From Candidatus Aminicenantes bacterium (GTDB lineage: Bacteria > Acidobacteriota > Aminicenantia > Aminicenantales > Saccharicenantaceae): a stretch of DNA of 64,000 nucleotides. Below, one piece after another: positions 34,158 through 42,066 of the stretch. Made by a program: the position numbers and the translations under genes. The stretch lies in assembly GCA_963809345.1 (NCBI GenBank), contig CAWEJF010000005.1, forward strand, positions 12,118-76,117. The letters are read 5' to 3'. How positions within the stretch are numbered: the first letter of the stretch is position 1; every line of letters begins with the position of its first letter. Below the pieces are notes generated by a model. That model saw only the letters and a program-made list of their open reading frames with translations, was not told where the DNA came from and did not search any database.

Positions 34158-36329
34158 ATGCGCAAGATCACCCTGCCCGCCGCGCTCGGACTTCTCGTCC
34201 TGGTCTCGTCCCTTCAGGGCGTCGTCCCCCAGAAGTGGGAGCTTCGGACCCGGGACGATTATCTGCGGGGCAAGTTCGACGGCGTCTCGGTTTCCTACGA
34301 CGGCACGCTCGCCTTGGCGCCCAAGGAAGAGAAGATCGCGGCGCCCCAGGAGGAATTCTATCTTTCCGTCCTGGCGACGGAAGAGGGCGTCACGTTCCTC
34401 GGCACGGGCCACGGGGGCAAGGTCTACCGCATCGACAAGGACGGCAAGGCGGACCTCTGGTTCCAGGCCCCCGAGATGGACGTGACCTCGCTCGCCCGGG
34501 ACCGGAAGGGGACGCTTTACGCCGCGACGTCGCCGAACGGCAAGATCTACAAGATCACGGACAAGGGCAAGGGCGAGGAGTTCTTCAATCCGGCCGAGAA
34601 ATACATCTGGGACCTTCTCTTCCTCGACGCGGGCGAGCTCTGGGCGGCCGTCGGCGAGAGCGGCGGCATCTACCGCATCTCGCCGCTCGGCGAGGGCCGG
34701 ATGTTCTTCAAGGCCGCGGAGAACCACATCCTCTGCCTCGAGCGGACCGCGCGCGGGGACGTCGTGGCGGGCAGCGGCGGCAACGGGCTCGTCTACAGGA
34801 TCTCGACGGAAGGGCGGGCTTCGGTCCTTTTCGAAACGCCCTACGAAGAGGTCCGGGCCCTGGCCGTCGATCGCGAAGGCCAGATCTACGCCGCCGCCTC
34901 CGGGACGCCGACGAGGACGCGGAAGGACGACACGTCCGAGGCGCCCGTCCGTCTCGACTCCGAGGTCGTCCTCACCGTCAGCGCCTCCGGAGGAGTGAGC
35001 CGGCCCGCGGGTGCGTCGGGCGCGGCGCCCGGCCTCTCCGCCAAGGACGGCGGGGCGCTCTATCGCGTCACGGCCGACGGGCTGGCCAAGCGCCTCTGGA
35101 GCTCCGATGACGAGATGATCTATTCCCTTCTCTGGAGAGAGGACGGGAACCGGGTCGTCTTCGGCACGGGCGGCAAAGGACGGGTCTATTCCGTGGACAG
35201 CGACGAGAGGGTCGCCCTGCTCCTCCAACAGAGCTCCGAGCAGGTCTACCAGCTCGTGCCCCTCGACTCCAAGATCTATGTCCTGTCGAACAACCCCTGC
35301 TACTTCGGGCTGCTGCTCACCGAGCAGCGGTTCGCCGGGGAATACACGAGCCCCGTCCTCGACGCCCGGACCCAGGCCTCATGGGGGCGCATCGTTTGGG
35401 ACGCCGCCGTGGCCGCCGGCGCTTCCGTCCAGCTCCAAAGCCGGAGCGGCAACACGAGCGAGCCCAACGCGACCTGGACGGACTGGTCGCCCTTCTACGG
35501 CAAGACGGAGGAACAAGTCCTCAGCCCGAAATCCCGCTTCCTGCAGGTCAAGGTCCTCCTCCGCACCCAGACCGGGAAGGCCTCGCCTGTCTTCGATACA
35601 TTGACCGTGTTCTACCTGCAGTCGAACATCGCGCCGATGGTGACCCGGCTCGAGTTCCTGAAGCCGAACGAGGTCTACCTCAAGCTTCCCGATCAGGAAG
35701 ACGTCATCCTGGGCGTCGAAAGGAACCTTGCCGAGACGCCCAAGAAGACGGACGAGCTCCGCATGGGAATGGCGGCCCGGAAGTCGGAACGCAAGGGCTT
35801 CCAGACGGTCACCTGGGACGCGGCCGACGAGAACGGAGACACCCTGCGTTACGCGCTGGCCATCAAAAAGGACGGCGAGTCCGAATGGCGCGCCCTCGAG
35901 GCAGCTTGGACCGAGACGATCTACGCTTTCGACACGCTCGCCTTTCCGGACGGGACCTACCTTCTCCGGCTTACGGCTTCCGACGCGCCGTCGAACCCGC
36001 TGGGCGTCGAGCTCAGATCCGACAAGACCAGCACCCCCCTTGTCATCGACAATTCCTTGCCTGTCATAAAGGGATTCACGGCCGCGAAGAACGGCGCCGC
36101 GCTCGACATCGCCTTCCAGGCGGAGGATTCCTATTCCTATATCGAGGAGGCCAAGGTGCTCGTCCGGCCCGGCGAATGGCGCGTCGTTTTCCCGGTCGAC
36201 GGGATCGCCGACTCGCGCAGCGAATCGTTCAAGCTGTCGCTGAAGCTCCCGGCCGGGGCGGAGAACCAGGTCACCGTGAGGGTCCGGGACAGTTACGGGA
36301 ACGTCGGGGTCTTCCGGCAGAATTTCTGA
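34158..36329 (+). CDS. secreted beta-propeller protein with C-terminal Ig/FN3-like region (unknown function)
   Basis: 723 aa with a signal peptide. Recurrent blade motif G-x-[IVL]-Y-[RKS]-[IV] (GKVYRIDKDG, GKIYKITDKG, GGIYRISPLG, GLVYRISTEG, GALYRVTADG, GRVYSVDSDE). Beta-rich C-terminal half. Confidence 0.6.
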   Translation: MRKITLPAALGLLVLVSSLQGVVPQKWELRTRDDYLRGKFDGVSVSYDGTLALAPKEEKIAAPQEEFYLSVLATEEGVTFLGTGHGGKVYRIDKDGKADLWFQAPEMDVTSLARDRKGTLYAATSPNGKIYKITDKGKGEEFFNPAEKYIWDLLFLDAGELWAAVGESGGIYRISPLGEGRMFFKAAENHILCLERTARGDVVAGSGGNGLVYRISTEGRASVLFETPYEEVRALAVDREGQIYAAASGTPTRTRKDDTSEAPVRLDSEVVLTVSASGGVSRPAGASGAAPGLSAKDGGALYRVTADGLAKRLWSSDDEMIYSLLWREDGNRVVFGTGGKGRVYSVDSDERVALLLQQSSEQVYQLVPLDSKIYVLSNNPCYFGLLLTEQRFAGEYTSPVLDARTQASWGRIVWDAAVAAGASVQLQSRSGNTSEPNATWTDWSPFYGKTEEQVLSPKSRFLQVKVLLRTQTGKASPVFDTLTVFYLQSNIAPMVTRLEFLKPNEVYLKLPDQEDVILGVERNLAETPKKTDELRMGMAARKSERKGFQTVTWDAADENGDTLRYALAIKKDGESEWRALEAAWTETIYAFDTLAFPDGTYLLRLTASDAPSNPLGVELRSDKTSTPLVIDNSLPVIKGFTAAKNGAALDIAFQAEDSYSYIEEAKVLVRPGEWRVVFPVDGIADSRSESFKLSLKLPAGAENQVTVRVRDSYGNVGVFRQNF

Positions 36330-36336
36330 GGCCGGA

Positions 36337-36900
36337 TCACTTCTTGGCCCGTTCGAGGTACTTGTCCTCTCGGGTGTCGACGCGGATGACGTCCCCTTCC
36401 TTGATGAACTCCGGCACTTGGACGACCGCGCCGGTCTCGAGGACGGCGGGCTTGTAGAGGGCCGTCTTGGTCGCCCCCTGGAGCCGGGGCTCGGTGCTGG
36501 CGACCTTGAGATCCATGGTGTGGGGGAGGTTGACGCCGACGGCCTTGCCGTCGTACAACTCGACCTCGATGATCGTGTTCGGCTTGAGGTACTTGACGGC
36601 GTCGCCGATGGCCTCGGCGTGCATGGTGACCTGCTCGTAGTTCTCGAGGTTCATGAAGAAGTAATCGCCGCTTTGCTCGTAGAGGAATTCCATCTCGAGC
36701 TCGTCCAGGCGGGCCTGTTCGAGCCGCTCCTCGGAGCGGAAGCGGTGTTCCATCTGGGAGCCGACCAGGATATTGCGCAGCTTCGTCTGGACCATGGCTT
36801 TCCACCGGCCGGGCGTGATGAGCTGCATCTCCATCACCCGGTACAGGGTGCCGTCCATGATGATGATCATGCCTTTGCGGATCTGGGTCGCGTCGATCAT
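36337..36900 (-). CDS. efp: elongation factor P
   Basis: 187 aa. IRKGMIIIMDGTLYRVMEMQLITPGRWKAMVQTKLRN and the three-domain length are typical of EF-P. Confidence 0.95.
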   Translation of the reverse strand: MIDATQIRKGMIIIMDGTLYRVMEMQLITPGRWKAMVQTKLRNILVGSQMEHRFRSEERLEQARLDELEMEFLYEQSGDYFFMNLENYEQVTMHAEAIGDAVKYLKPNTIIEVELYDGKAVGVNLPHTMDLKVASTEPRLQGATKTALYKPAVLETGAVVQVPEFIKEGDVIRVDTREDKYLERAKK

Positions 36901-36974
36901 TGAGGCCTCCGAAGGATAAGGGCGCCGGGGTGGCGTCCATCGAATCCGCTATTCTATCACACTCGTCAAAGACA

Positions 36975-37240
36975 TGCATGACGGCACCTCGGCGCTGCTG
37001 CCTCCTTGCTCGGGCCGCGCCCTCCGTCGGCCGCTCGCCGGCCCGGCGAGCCGGCTCGCTTCGTATCCGGGCTTCGCTCTCCTCACGCTTTGCGTGAGGA
37101 TCCGTGCCCGCTCCGCCCTCCCACGGCCTCCTCCGGGCATCGCCCCTGCCAGCGGGGAGCGGATTCTTAGGAGCGGACCATCAGAAGTACGGCGGAGCGA
37201 CTCGGAGCCGGACTTCTGAGAAATGTTTTGAGAACGTCTT
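36975..37240. repeat. structured GC-rich intergenic repeat, same family as 15399-15584 and 41840-42060 (boundaries approximate)
   Basis: 37141-37235 is the reverse complement of 41906-42000 at roughly 80% identity (e.g. CAGAAGTCCGGCTCCG, CTCCGCCGT, GGTCCGCTCC, TCCGCT shared). It shares GGAGCGAC...GGACTTCTGAGAAATG with the right end of the 15399-15584 element. Internal hairpin TCAGAAGT/ACTTCTGA. Confidence 0.45.
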
Positions 37241-37278
37241 CATCGGGCAGACGTGCCGGAGGGACAACTTCCTCCGGG

Positions 37279-37307
37279 TTGCTTTCAGCTGGCATTTCTT
37301 TTATATA
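37279..37307 (+). promoter_or_regulatory. candidate sigma70-type promoter of the amidohydrolase gene
   Basis: TTGCTT (37279-37284), 17-bp spacer, TATATA (37302-37307), 20 bp before ATG 37327. Confidence 0.4.
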
Positions 37308-37326
37308 AGGTTGCGAAGGAACGATA

Positions 37327-39009
37327 ATGAAGAACGTAGGCCTCATTTTGGCGATCATACTGGCGGTTGGACTCGAGGCGGGCTGCAAGGCGGCTACGGG
37401 AGGGAACATGGTCGACCTGGTTCTGGTCAACGGGAAGGTGTGGACCGGCGATCCCGGCCGGCCTTGGGCCGAGGCCGTGGCCGTCCGCGACGGCAAGATC
37501 GTCGCCGTCGGGACCGCGGCGGAGCTGAGGCACCTGTCGTCCTCGGGCGCGAAGCTCGTCGAGCTCGGCGGGGCGCTCGTCCTGCCCGGGTTCATCGACA
37601 GCCACACCCATTTCCTGGCCGGGGGTTTCGCCCTGAAGAGCATCCAGCTCCGCGAGGCCAAGAGCCGCGAGGACTTCGTCGCCCGCATCGCCGCCGAGGC
37701 CCGGGAGGCCGGGCCAGGGCGCTGGATCCTGAACGGCGACTGGGACCACCAGCAGTTCGACCCGGTGGAGCTGCCGCGCAGGGACTGGATCGATGCCGTA
37801 ACGCCCGACAATCCCGTCTGTGTCAACCGCCTCGATGGCCACATGATCCTGGCCAACGGCCTGGCCCTAAAGCTGGCCGGCGTCACGAAGAGCACACCCG
37901 TTCCGCCCGGCGGCGAGATCGTCAAGGACCCCGTGACAGGCGAGCCCACGGGGATCCTCAAGGACACGGCCATGGACCTCGTCTACGCCAAGATCCCCGA
38001 GCCGACCTTCGCCGAGAAGCTCGAGGCCGCCGAGGCCTCCATCCGCCATGCCGCGGAGAACGGCGTCACGTCCGTCCACGAGATGGCCGACGCGTCGAGC
38101 TTCGAGGTTTTCGAAGAGCTGGCCCGCCTCGGCCGGCTGACGACCCGGGTCCATGTCTACATCCCGATCACCGAGGTCGACACGCTGGCCCGGCTCAAGC
38201 TGAAGTCCCCGTTCGGCAATCCCTATCTCAAGCTGGCCGGCCTCAAGGCCTTTATGGACGGCTCGCTCGGCTCGGCGACGGCCTATTTCTTCGAGCCGTA
38301 CACGGACGACCCGAAGACGACGGGGCTTCTCAACGGCCAGATGTTCCCCGAAGGGATCATGGAAAAACGCATCCTGGAGGCTGACCGGGCCGGGCTTCAG
38401 CTGGCTATTCACGCGATCGGCGACCGGGCCAACAGCATGCTCATCGACATGTACGAGAGGGCCATCGCCGCCAACGGCCCGCGGGACCGCCGCTGGAGGG
38501 TCGAACACGCCCAGCATCTGCGGCCGGCCGATATCGTCCGGTTCGGCAAGCTCGGCCTCGTGGCCGCCGTCCAGCCGTATCACGCCATCGACGACGGCCG
38601 CTGGGCCGAAGGGAAGATCGGTCCGGAGCGGGTCAAGACGACCTACCCGTTCGCATCCCTGCGCCGGGCCGGGGCGGTCCTCGCCTTCGGGTCGGATTGG
38701 ACGGTCGCGCCGCTGAGCCCCATCCTGGGGATCTACGCCGCGGTGACGCGCCGGACGCTCGACGGAAAGAACCCGGGCGGCTGGGTCCCGGAAGAGAAGG
38801 TCTCGGTCGAAGAAGCCGTCCGGGCTTACACGGCGAACGGCGCCTGGGTCGAATTCGCCGAGGCGACGAAAGGGACGATCGAAGCCGGCAAGCTGGCCGA
38901 TCTCGTTGTCCTCGACCGCGATATTTTCACCGTCCCGCCCGAGGAGATCGGCGGGGCGAAGGTCCGGATGACCATCTTCGATGGCCGGATCATCTACGGG
39001 AAGGATTGA
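37327..39009 (+). CDS. amidohydrolase-family (Amidohydro_3-type) metal-dependent hydrolase, lipoprotein-like signal
   Basis: 560 aa. Signal ILAIILAVGLEAGC. LPGFIDSHTHF metal-binding motif. HAIGDRA, VEHAQH and FGSDW motifs. Confidence 0.85.
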   Translation: MKNVGLILAIILAVGLEAGCKAATGGNMVDLVLVNGKVWTGDPGRPWAEAVAVRDGKIVAVGTAAELRHLSSSGAKLVELGGALVLPGFIDSHTHFLAGGFALKSIQLREAKSREDFVARIAAEAREAGPGRWILNGDWDHQQFDPVELPRRDWIDAVTPDNPVCVNRLDGHMILANGLALKLAGVTKSTPVPPGGEIVKDPVTGEPTGILKDTAMDLVYAKIPEPTFAEKLEAAEASIRHAAENGVTSVHEMADASSFEVFEELARLGRLTTRVHVYIPITEVDTLARLKLKSPFGNPYLKLAGLKAFMDGSLGSATAYFFEPYTDDPKTTGLLNGQMFPEGIMEKRILEADRAGLQLAIHAIGDRANSMLIDMYERAIAANGPRDRRWRVEHAQHLRPADIVRFGKLGLVAAVQPYHAIDDGRWAEGKIGPERVKTTYPFASLRRAGAVLAFGSDWTVAPLSPILGIYAAVTRRTLDGKNPGGWVPEEKVSVEEAVRAYTANGAWVEFAEATKGTIEAGKLADLVVLDRDIFTVPPEEIGGAKVRMTIFDGRIIYGKD

Positions 39010-39689
39010 TGGTCGCCGGGCTCTTTCCGGCCGAGCCCGGGCGCATCGGCTCGGACGAATCGGGCAAGGGGGACTTTTTCGGGCCGCTCGTCATCGCCGC
39101 CTTCTTCCTGCCCGACGGCCAGGAGGAGGTCGTGCGGGAGCTCGGGGTCAAGGATTCGAAGAGGACTTCGGACGCCCGCTGCCGCCAGATCGCCGAAGCC
39201 CTCAAGCGGGGCTACCCGTACCACTCGGTGATCAGCATCGGCCCGGAGAAGTACAACGAGCTCTGGGAGAAGCTGCGCAACCTCAACCGGCTCCTGGCCT
39301 GGGGGCACGCCCGGGCCATCGAGAACATCCTCGAGCGCGTTCCGGCCGGGAAGGCGATCACGGACCAGTTCGGCGACGAGCGGTTCGTCCGCAACGCCCT
39401 GCTCAAGAAGGGCCGGGAGATCGAGCTCGTCCAGATGCCCCGGGCCGAGGAGGACGCCGCGGTCGCGGCCGCTTCGATCCTGGCCCGGGCGGAATTCCTG
39501 ACCAAGCTCCACTTCCTGTCCAAGGATGTCGGGTTCGAGCTGCCCAAGGGCGCCTCGGAGCAGGTCGAGGCGGCGGCCGTGAAGCTCGTCCGCGCGAAAG
39601 GGCCGGCCATCCTCGACAAGGTGGCCAAGACCCATTTCAAGACGACCGTCCGCGTGCTGGCGGCCGCGGGCGTCGCCAAGCTCGTATAA
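39009..39689 (+). CDS. RNase HIII-type ribonuclease H catalytic domain, short form
   Basis: ATG 39009 overlaps the preceding TGA. 226 aa. GSDESGKGDFFGPLVIAA is the RNase HIII DESGKGD(Y/F)FGPL motif, in contrast to RNase HII DEAGRG. It lacks the ~90-aa N-terminal domain of canonical RNase HIII. Confidence 0.75.
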   Translation: MVAGLFPAEPGRIGSDESGKGDFFGPLVIAAFFLPDGQEEVVRELGVKDSKRTSDARCRQIAEALKRGYPYHSVISIGPEKYNELWEKLRNLNRLLAWGHARAIENILERVPAGKAITDQFGDERFVRNALLKKGREIELVQMPRAEEDAAVAAASILARAEFLTKLHFLSKDVGFELPKGASEQVEAAAVKLVRAKGPAILDKVAKTHFKTTVRVLAAAGVAKLV

Positions 39690-39726
39690 AAATGGGGACG
39701 TTTCTGTTTTTTCCATTTCTTAGGAG

Positions 39727-40923
39727 ATGACGATGGCCGAAACGCAGCGGCTCTATTATGACGACCCGTATCTCCTGGAATTCGAGGCCGAGGTCGTGGC
39801 CCGGACGGAACATGAAGGGCATCCGGCCGTCGTCCTCGACCGGACCGCGTTCTATCCCGAATCGGGCGGCCAGCCTTGGGACAAGGGCACGCTCGACGGC
39901 GTGGACGTCCTCGCCGTCATCGACGTCGAGGGCAAGGTCCTCCACGTCCTGAGGTCGGAGATCGCGGCCGGGCCGGTCCGTGGGAAGATCGACCCCGCCA
40001 TGCGCATCGACCATATGCAGCAACACACAGGGCAGCATGTCCTGTCCCAGGCCTTTTGGGAGCTCCTTAAAGGCGAGACCCTGTCCTTCCACATGGGCCC
40101 GGATGTCTCGACGCTCGAGATCGGGCTGAAGACGATTTCCGACGCCGACTGCGACCGCGTCGAGGACCGGGCCAACGCGGTCGTTTGGCGAAGCCTGCCG
40201 GTCAAGACCTATTTCGTGCCCGAGGAACGGATCGGGGAGGTGCCTCTGAGGAGGCCTCCCAAAAAACAAGGGCTCCTCAGGGTCGTCGAGGTCGACGGGT
40301 TCGACTACTCGGCCTGCGGTGGGACGCATGTCGGGCGCACCGGCGAGATCGGTCTGATCAGGCTCGGCGGGATAGAAAAGATCCGGGGCAACCTCCGGTT
40401 CGAATTCCTGTGCGGAGGGAGGGCCCTGCGGGATTACCGGGCCAAGGACCGGTCGGCGCGGAAGCTGGCCGCGGCCTTCTCCTGTCCGCCCGCGGACCTG
40501 GCCGGACAGGTTGAGAAGCTCTCGGCCGAGGGCAAGGCCCTGAAAAAACGGGCCCGCCGTCTCGAGGAGCGGCTGGCGGCCTTCGAAGCCCAGGAGATCG
40601 TCCGCGCGGCCGCGGGGCGCGTCATCGCCGGCGTCCTCGAGGACAAAACGCCGGAGGAGGCCCGCTTCCTGGCTCTCAATATCATCAAGAGCGGCGAATT
40701 CGCCGTGGCCTACGGGGCTTCGGGTGAGAGCCAGGGGCACGTCATCGTCGCCCGGTCCGAGGCCCTCAAGTCCGACCTGCGGCAGGTCGTCCCGGTCGTC
40801 GCGGCCCTCGTTCCGGTGAAGGGCGGGGGCGGGCCCTCGCTCGTCGAGCTGGTCATGGCGGACAAGGCGAGGCTCGGGGACGCCGTCGCCGTCGCGGCGG
40901 CGTGGCTGCGGGAGAACGCGTGA
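39727..40923 (+). CDS. alanyl-tRNA editing protein (AlaX-L type)
   Basis: 398 aa. An alternative start at ATG 39733 has better spacing to AGGAG. YYDDPYLLEFEA, TAFYPESGGQP, zinc motifs HMQQHTGQHVLS and CGGTHV. C-terminal DHHA1-like region. Confidence 0.8.
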   Translation: MTMAETQRLYYDDPYLLEFEAEVVARTEHEGHPAVVLDRTAFYPESGGQPWDKGTLDGVDVLAVIDVEGKVLHVLRSEIAAGPVRGKIDPAMRIDHMQQHTGQHVLSQAFWELLKGETLSFHMGPDVSTLEIGLKTISDADCDRVEDRANAVVWRSLPVKTYFVPEERIGEVPLRRPPKKQGLLRVVEVDGFDYSACGGTHVGRTGEIGLIRLGGIEKIRGNLRFEFLCGGRALRDYRAKDRSARKLAAAFSCPPADLAGQVEKLSAEGKALKKRARRLEERLAAFEAQEIVRAAAGRVIAGVLEDKTPEEARFLALNIIKSGEFAVAYGASGESQGHVIVARSEALKSDLRQVVPVVAALVPVKGGGGPSLVELVMADKARLGDAVAVAAAWLRENA

Positions 40924-41828
40924 AGCGCGTCCTCGTCGTTGGCAGCTCCAACACGGACATGATCATCCGCGTCCCCAGGATCCCGCGGCCCGGGGAGACG
41001 GTCCTCGGGGGCGAGTTCGCCATGGCGGGCGGGGGCAAGGGAGCGAACCAGGCCGTGGCCGCGGCCCGGGCCGGCGGGCGGGTGACTTTCGTCGCCCGGG
41101 TCGGCGACGACGTCTTTGGCGACAAGGCGCTGGCCGGCTTCGAGGCCGACGGCATCGACACGCGTTTCGTTCTCCGGACCTCCGGCGTGGCGTCGGGCAT
41201 CGCCCTGATCGACGTGGATGAGCAGGGCGAGAACAGTATCTCCGTCGCCTCCGGCGCCAACGCGTTCCTCTCCGCCGCGGACGTCGAGAACGCCGCCGAG
41301 GCCTTCGCCGCGGCGGACATCGTTCTCGTCCAGCTCGAATCGCCGATCGAGACCGTCGGAGCCGCGGTGCGGAAGGCGGGGGAGAAGGGCGTCCCGGTCA
41401 TCCTCAATCCGGCCCCGGCCCGCCCGCTCGACGAGGATCTCCTCTCCCGCGTCTCCGTCCTGACCCCCAACGAGAACGAAGCCGAGCTCCTCTCTGGCAT
41501 CGCGGTCAGGGACGCCGGCGGTGTCCAAAGCGCGGCCGCCCGGCTCCGGGCGCGCGGCGCGGCCAGCGTCGTCGTCACCCTCGGTGAGCGCGGGGCCTAT
41601 GCGTCTTCCTCCGAATTCGAGGGGCTGGTCCCGGCTTTCAAGGTCGATCCGGTCGACACGACGGCGGCGGGCGACGTTTTCAACGGGGCTCTGGCCGTGG
41701 CGCTCGCCGAGAGACTCCCCCTGACCGAAGCCCTCCGCTTCGCCCAGGCCGCCGCGGCCATTTCCGTCACCCGTCCCGGCGCCCAACCCTCGGCCCCCAC
41801 TCGCGCCGAAATAAACAGATTAATCTGA
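40920..41828 (+). CDS. rbsK: ribokinase
   Basis: ORF track 40902..41828. GTG 40920 overlaps the AlaX stop (GTGA). VVGSSNTDM, GGKGANQAVAAARAG and DTTAAGDVFNGAL motifs. Confidence 0.85.
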   Translation: MKRVLVVGSSNTDMIIRVPRIPRPGETVLGGEFAMAGGGKGANQAVAAARAGGRVTFVARVGDDVFGDKALAGFEADGIDTRFVLRTSGVASGIALIDVDEQGENSISVASGANAFLSAADVENAAEAFAAADIVLVQLESPIETVGAAVRKAGEKGVPVILNPAPARPLDEDLLSRVSVLTPNENEAELLSGIAVRDAGGVQSAAARLRARGAASVVVTLGERGAYASSSEFEGLVPAFKVDPVDTTAAGDVFNGALAVALAERLPLTEALRFAQAAAAISVTRPGAQPSAPTRAEINRLI

Positions 41829-41839
41829 TGGTCTTTCTC

Positions 41840-42060
41840 CCAATATCGGGGTAATCCCGGAGCGACTCGGAGGGGTGGCGCTGGGAGAGAATAAGGAAAG
41901 AGCTCTTCTCGGATATTTCGCAGAAGTCCGGCTCCGCGTATCTCCGCCGTCCTTCTGCCGGTCCGCTCCCAAGATTCCGCTACCCGCCGCCGGGGGTGTG
42001 GGGGCCAGGGACGATATCTTTTGCCAGAGACGAGCGGAGGGATCCCCCCGATATTCTCTT
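41840..42060. repeat. structured GC-rich intergenic repeat, same family as 36975-37240; bounded by inverted AATATCGGGG..ATCCC arms
   Basis: 41906-42000 is homologous, in inverted orientation, to 37141-37235. Inverted arms are CAATATCGGGGTAATCCC (41841-41858) and GGGATCCCCCCGATATT (42039-42055). GGAGCGACTCGGAG at 41860-41873 also occurs at 37193-37206. Confidence 0.5.
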
Positions 42061-42066
42061 GCGGTC

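Noticed and set aside
41921-41936. CAGAAGTCCGGCTCCG resembles the RNase P RNA GGAAAGUCCGGGCUCC core
   Set aside because: Only this short string matches. The other universally conserved RNase P regions (for example the ACAGAAA/P4 partners) are not present around it. The same string is part of a dispersed repeat present at least twice.
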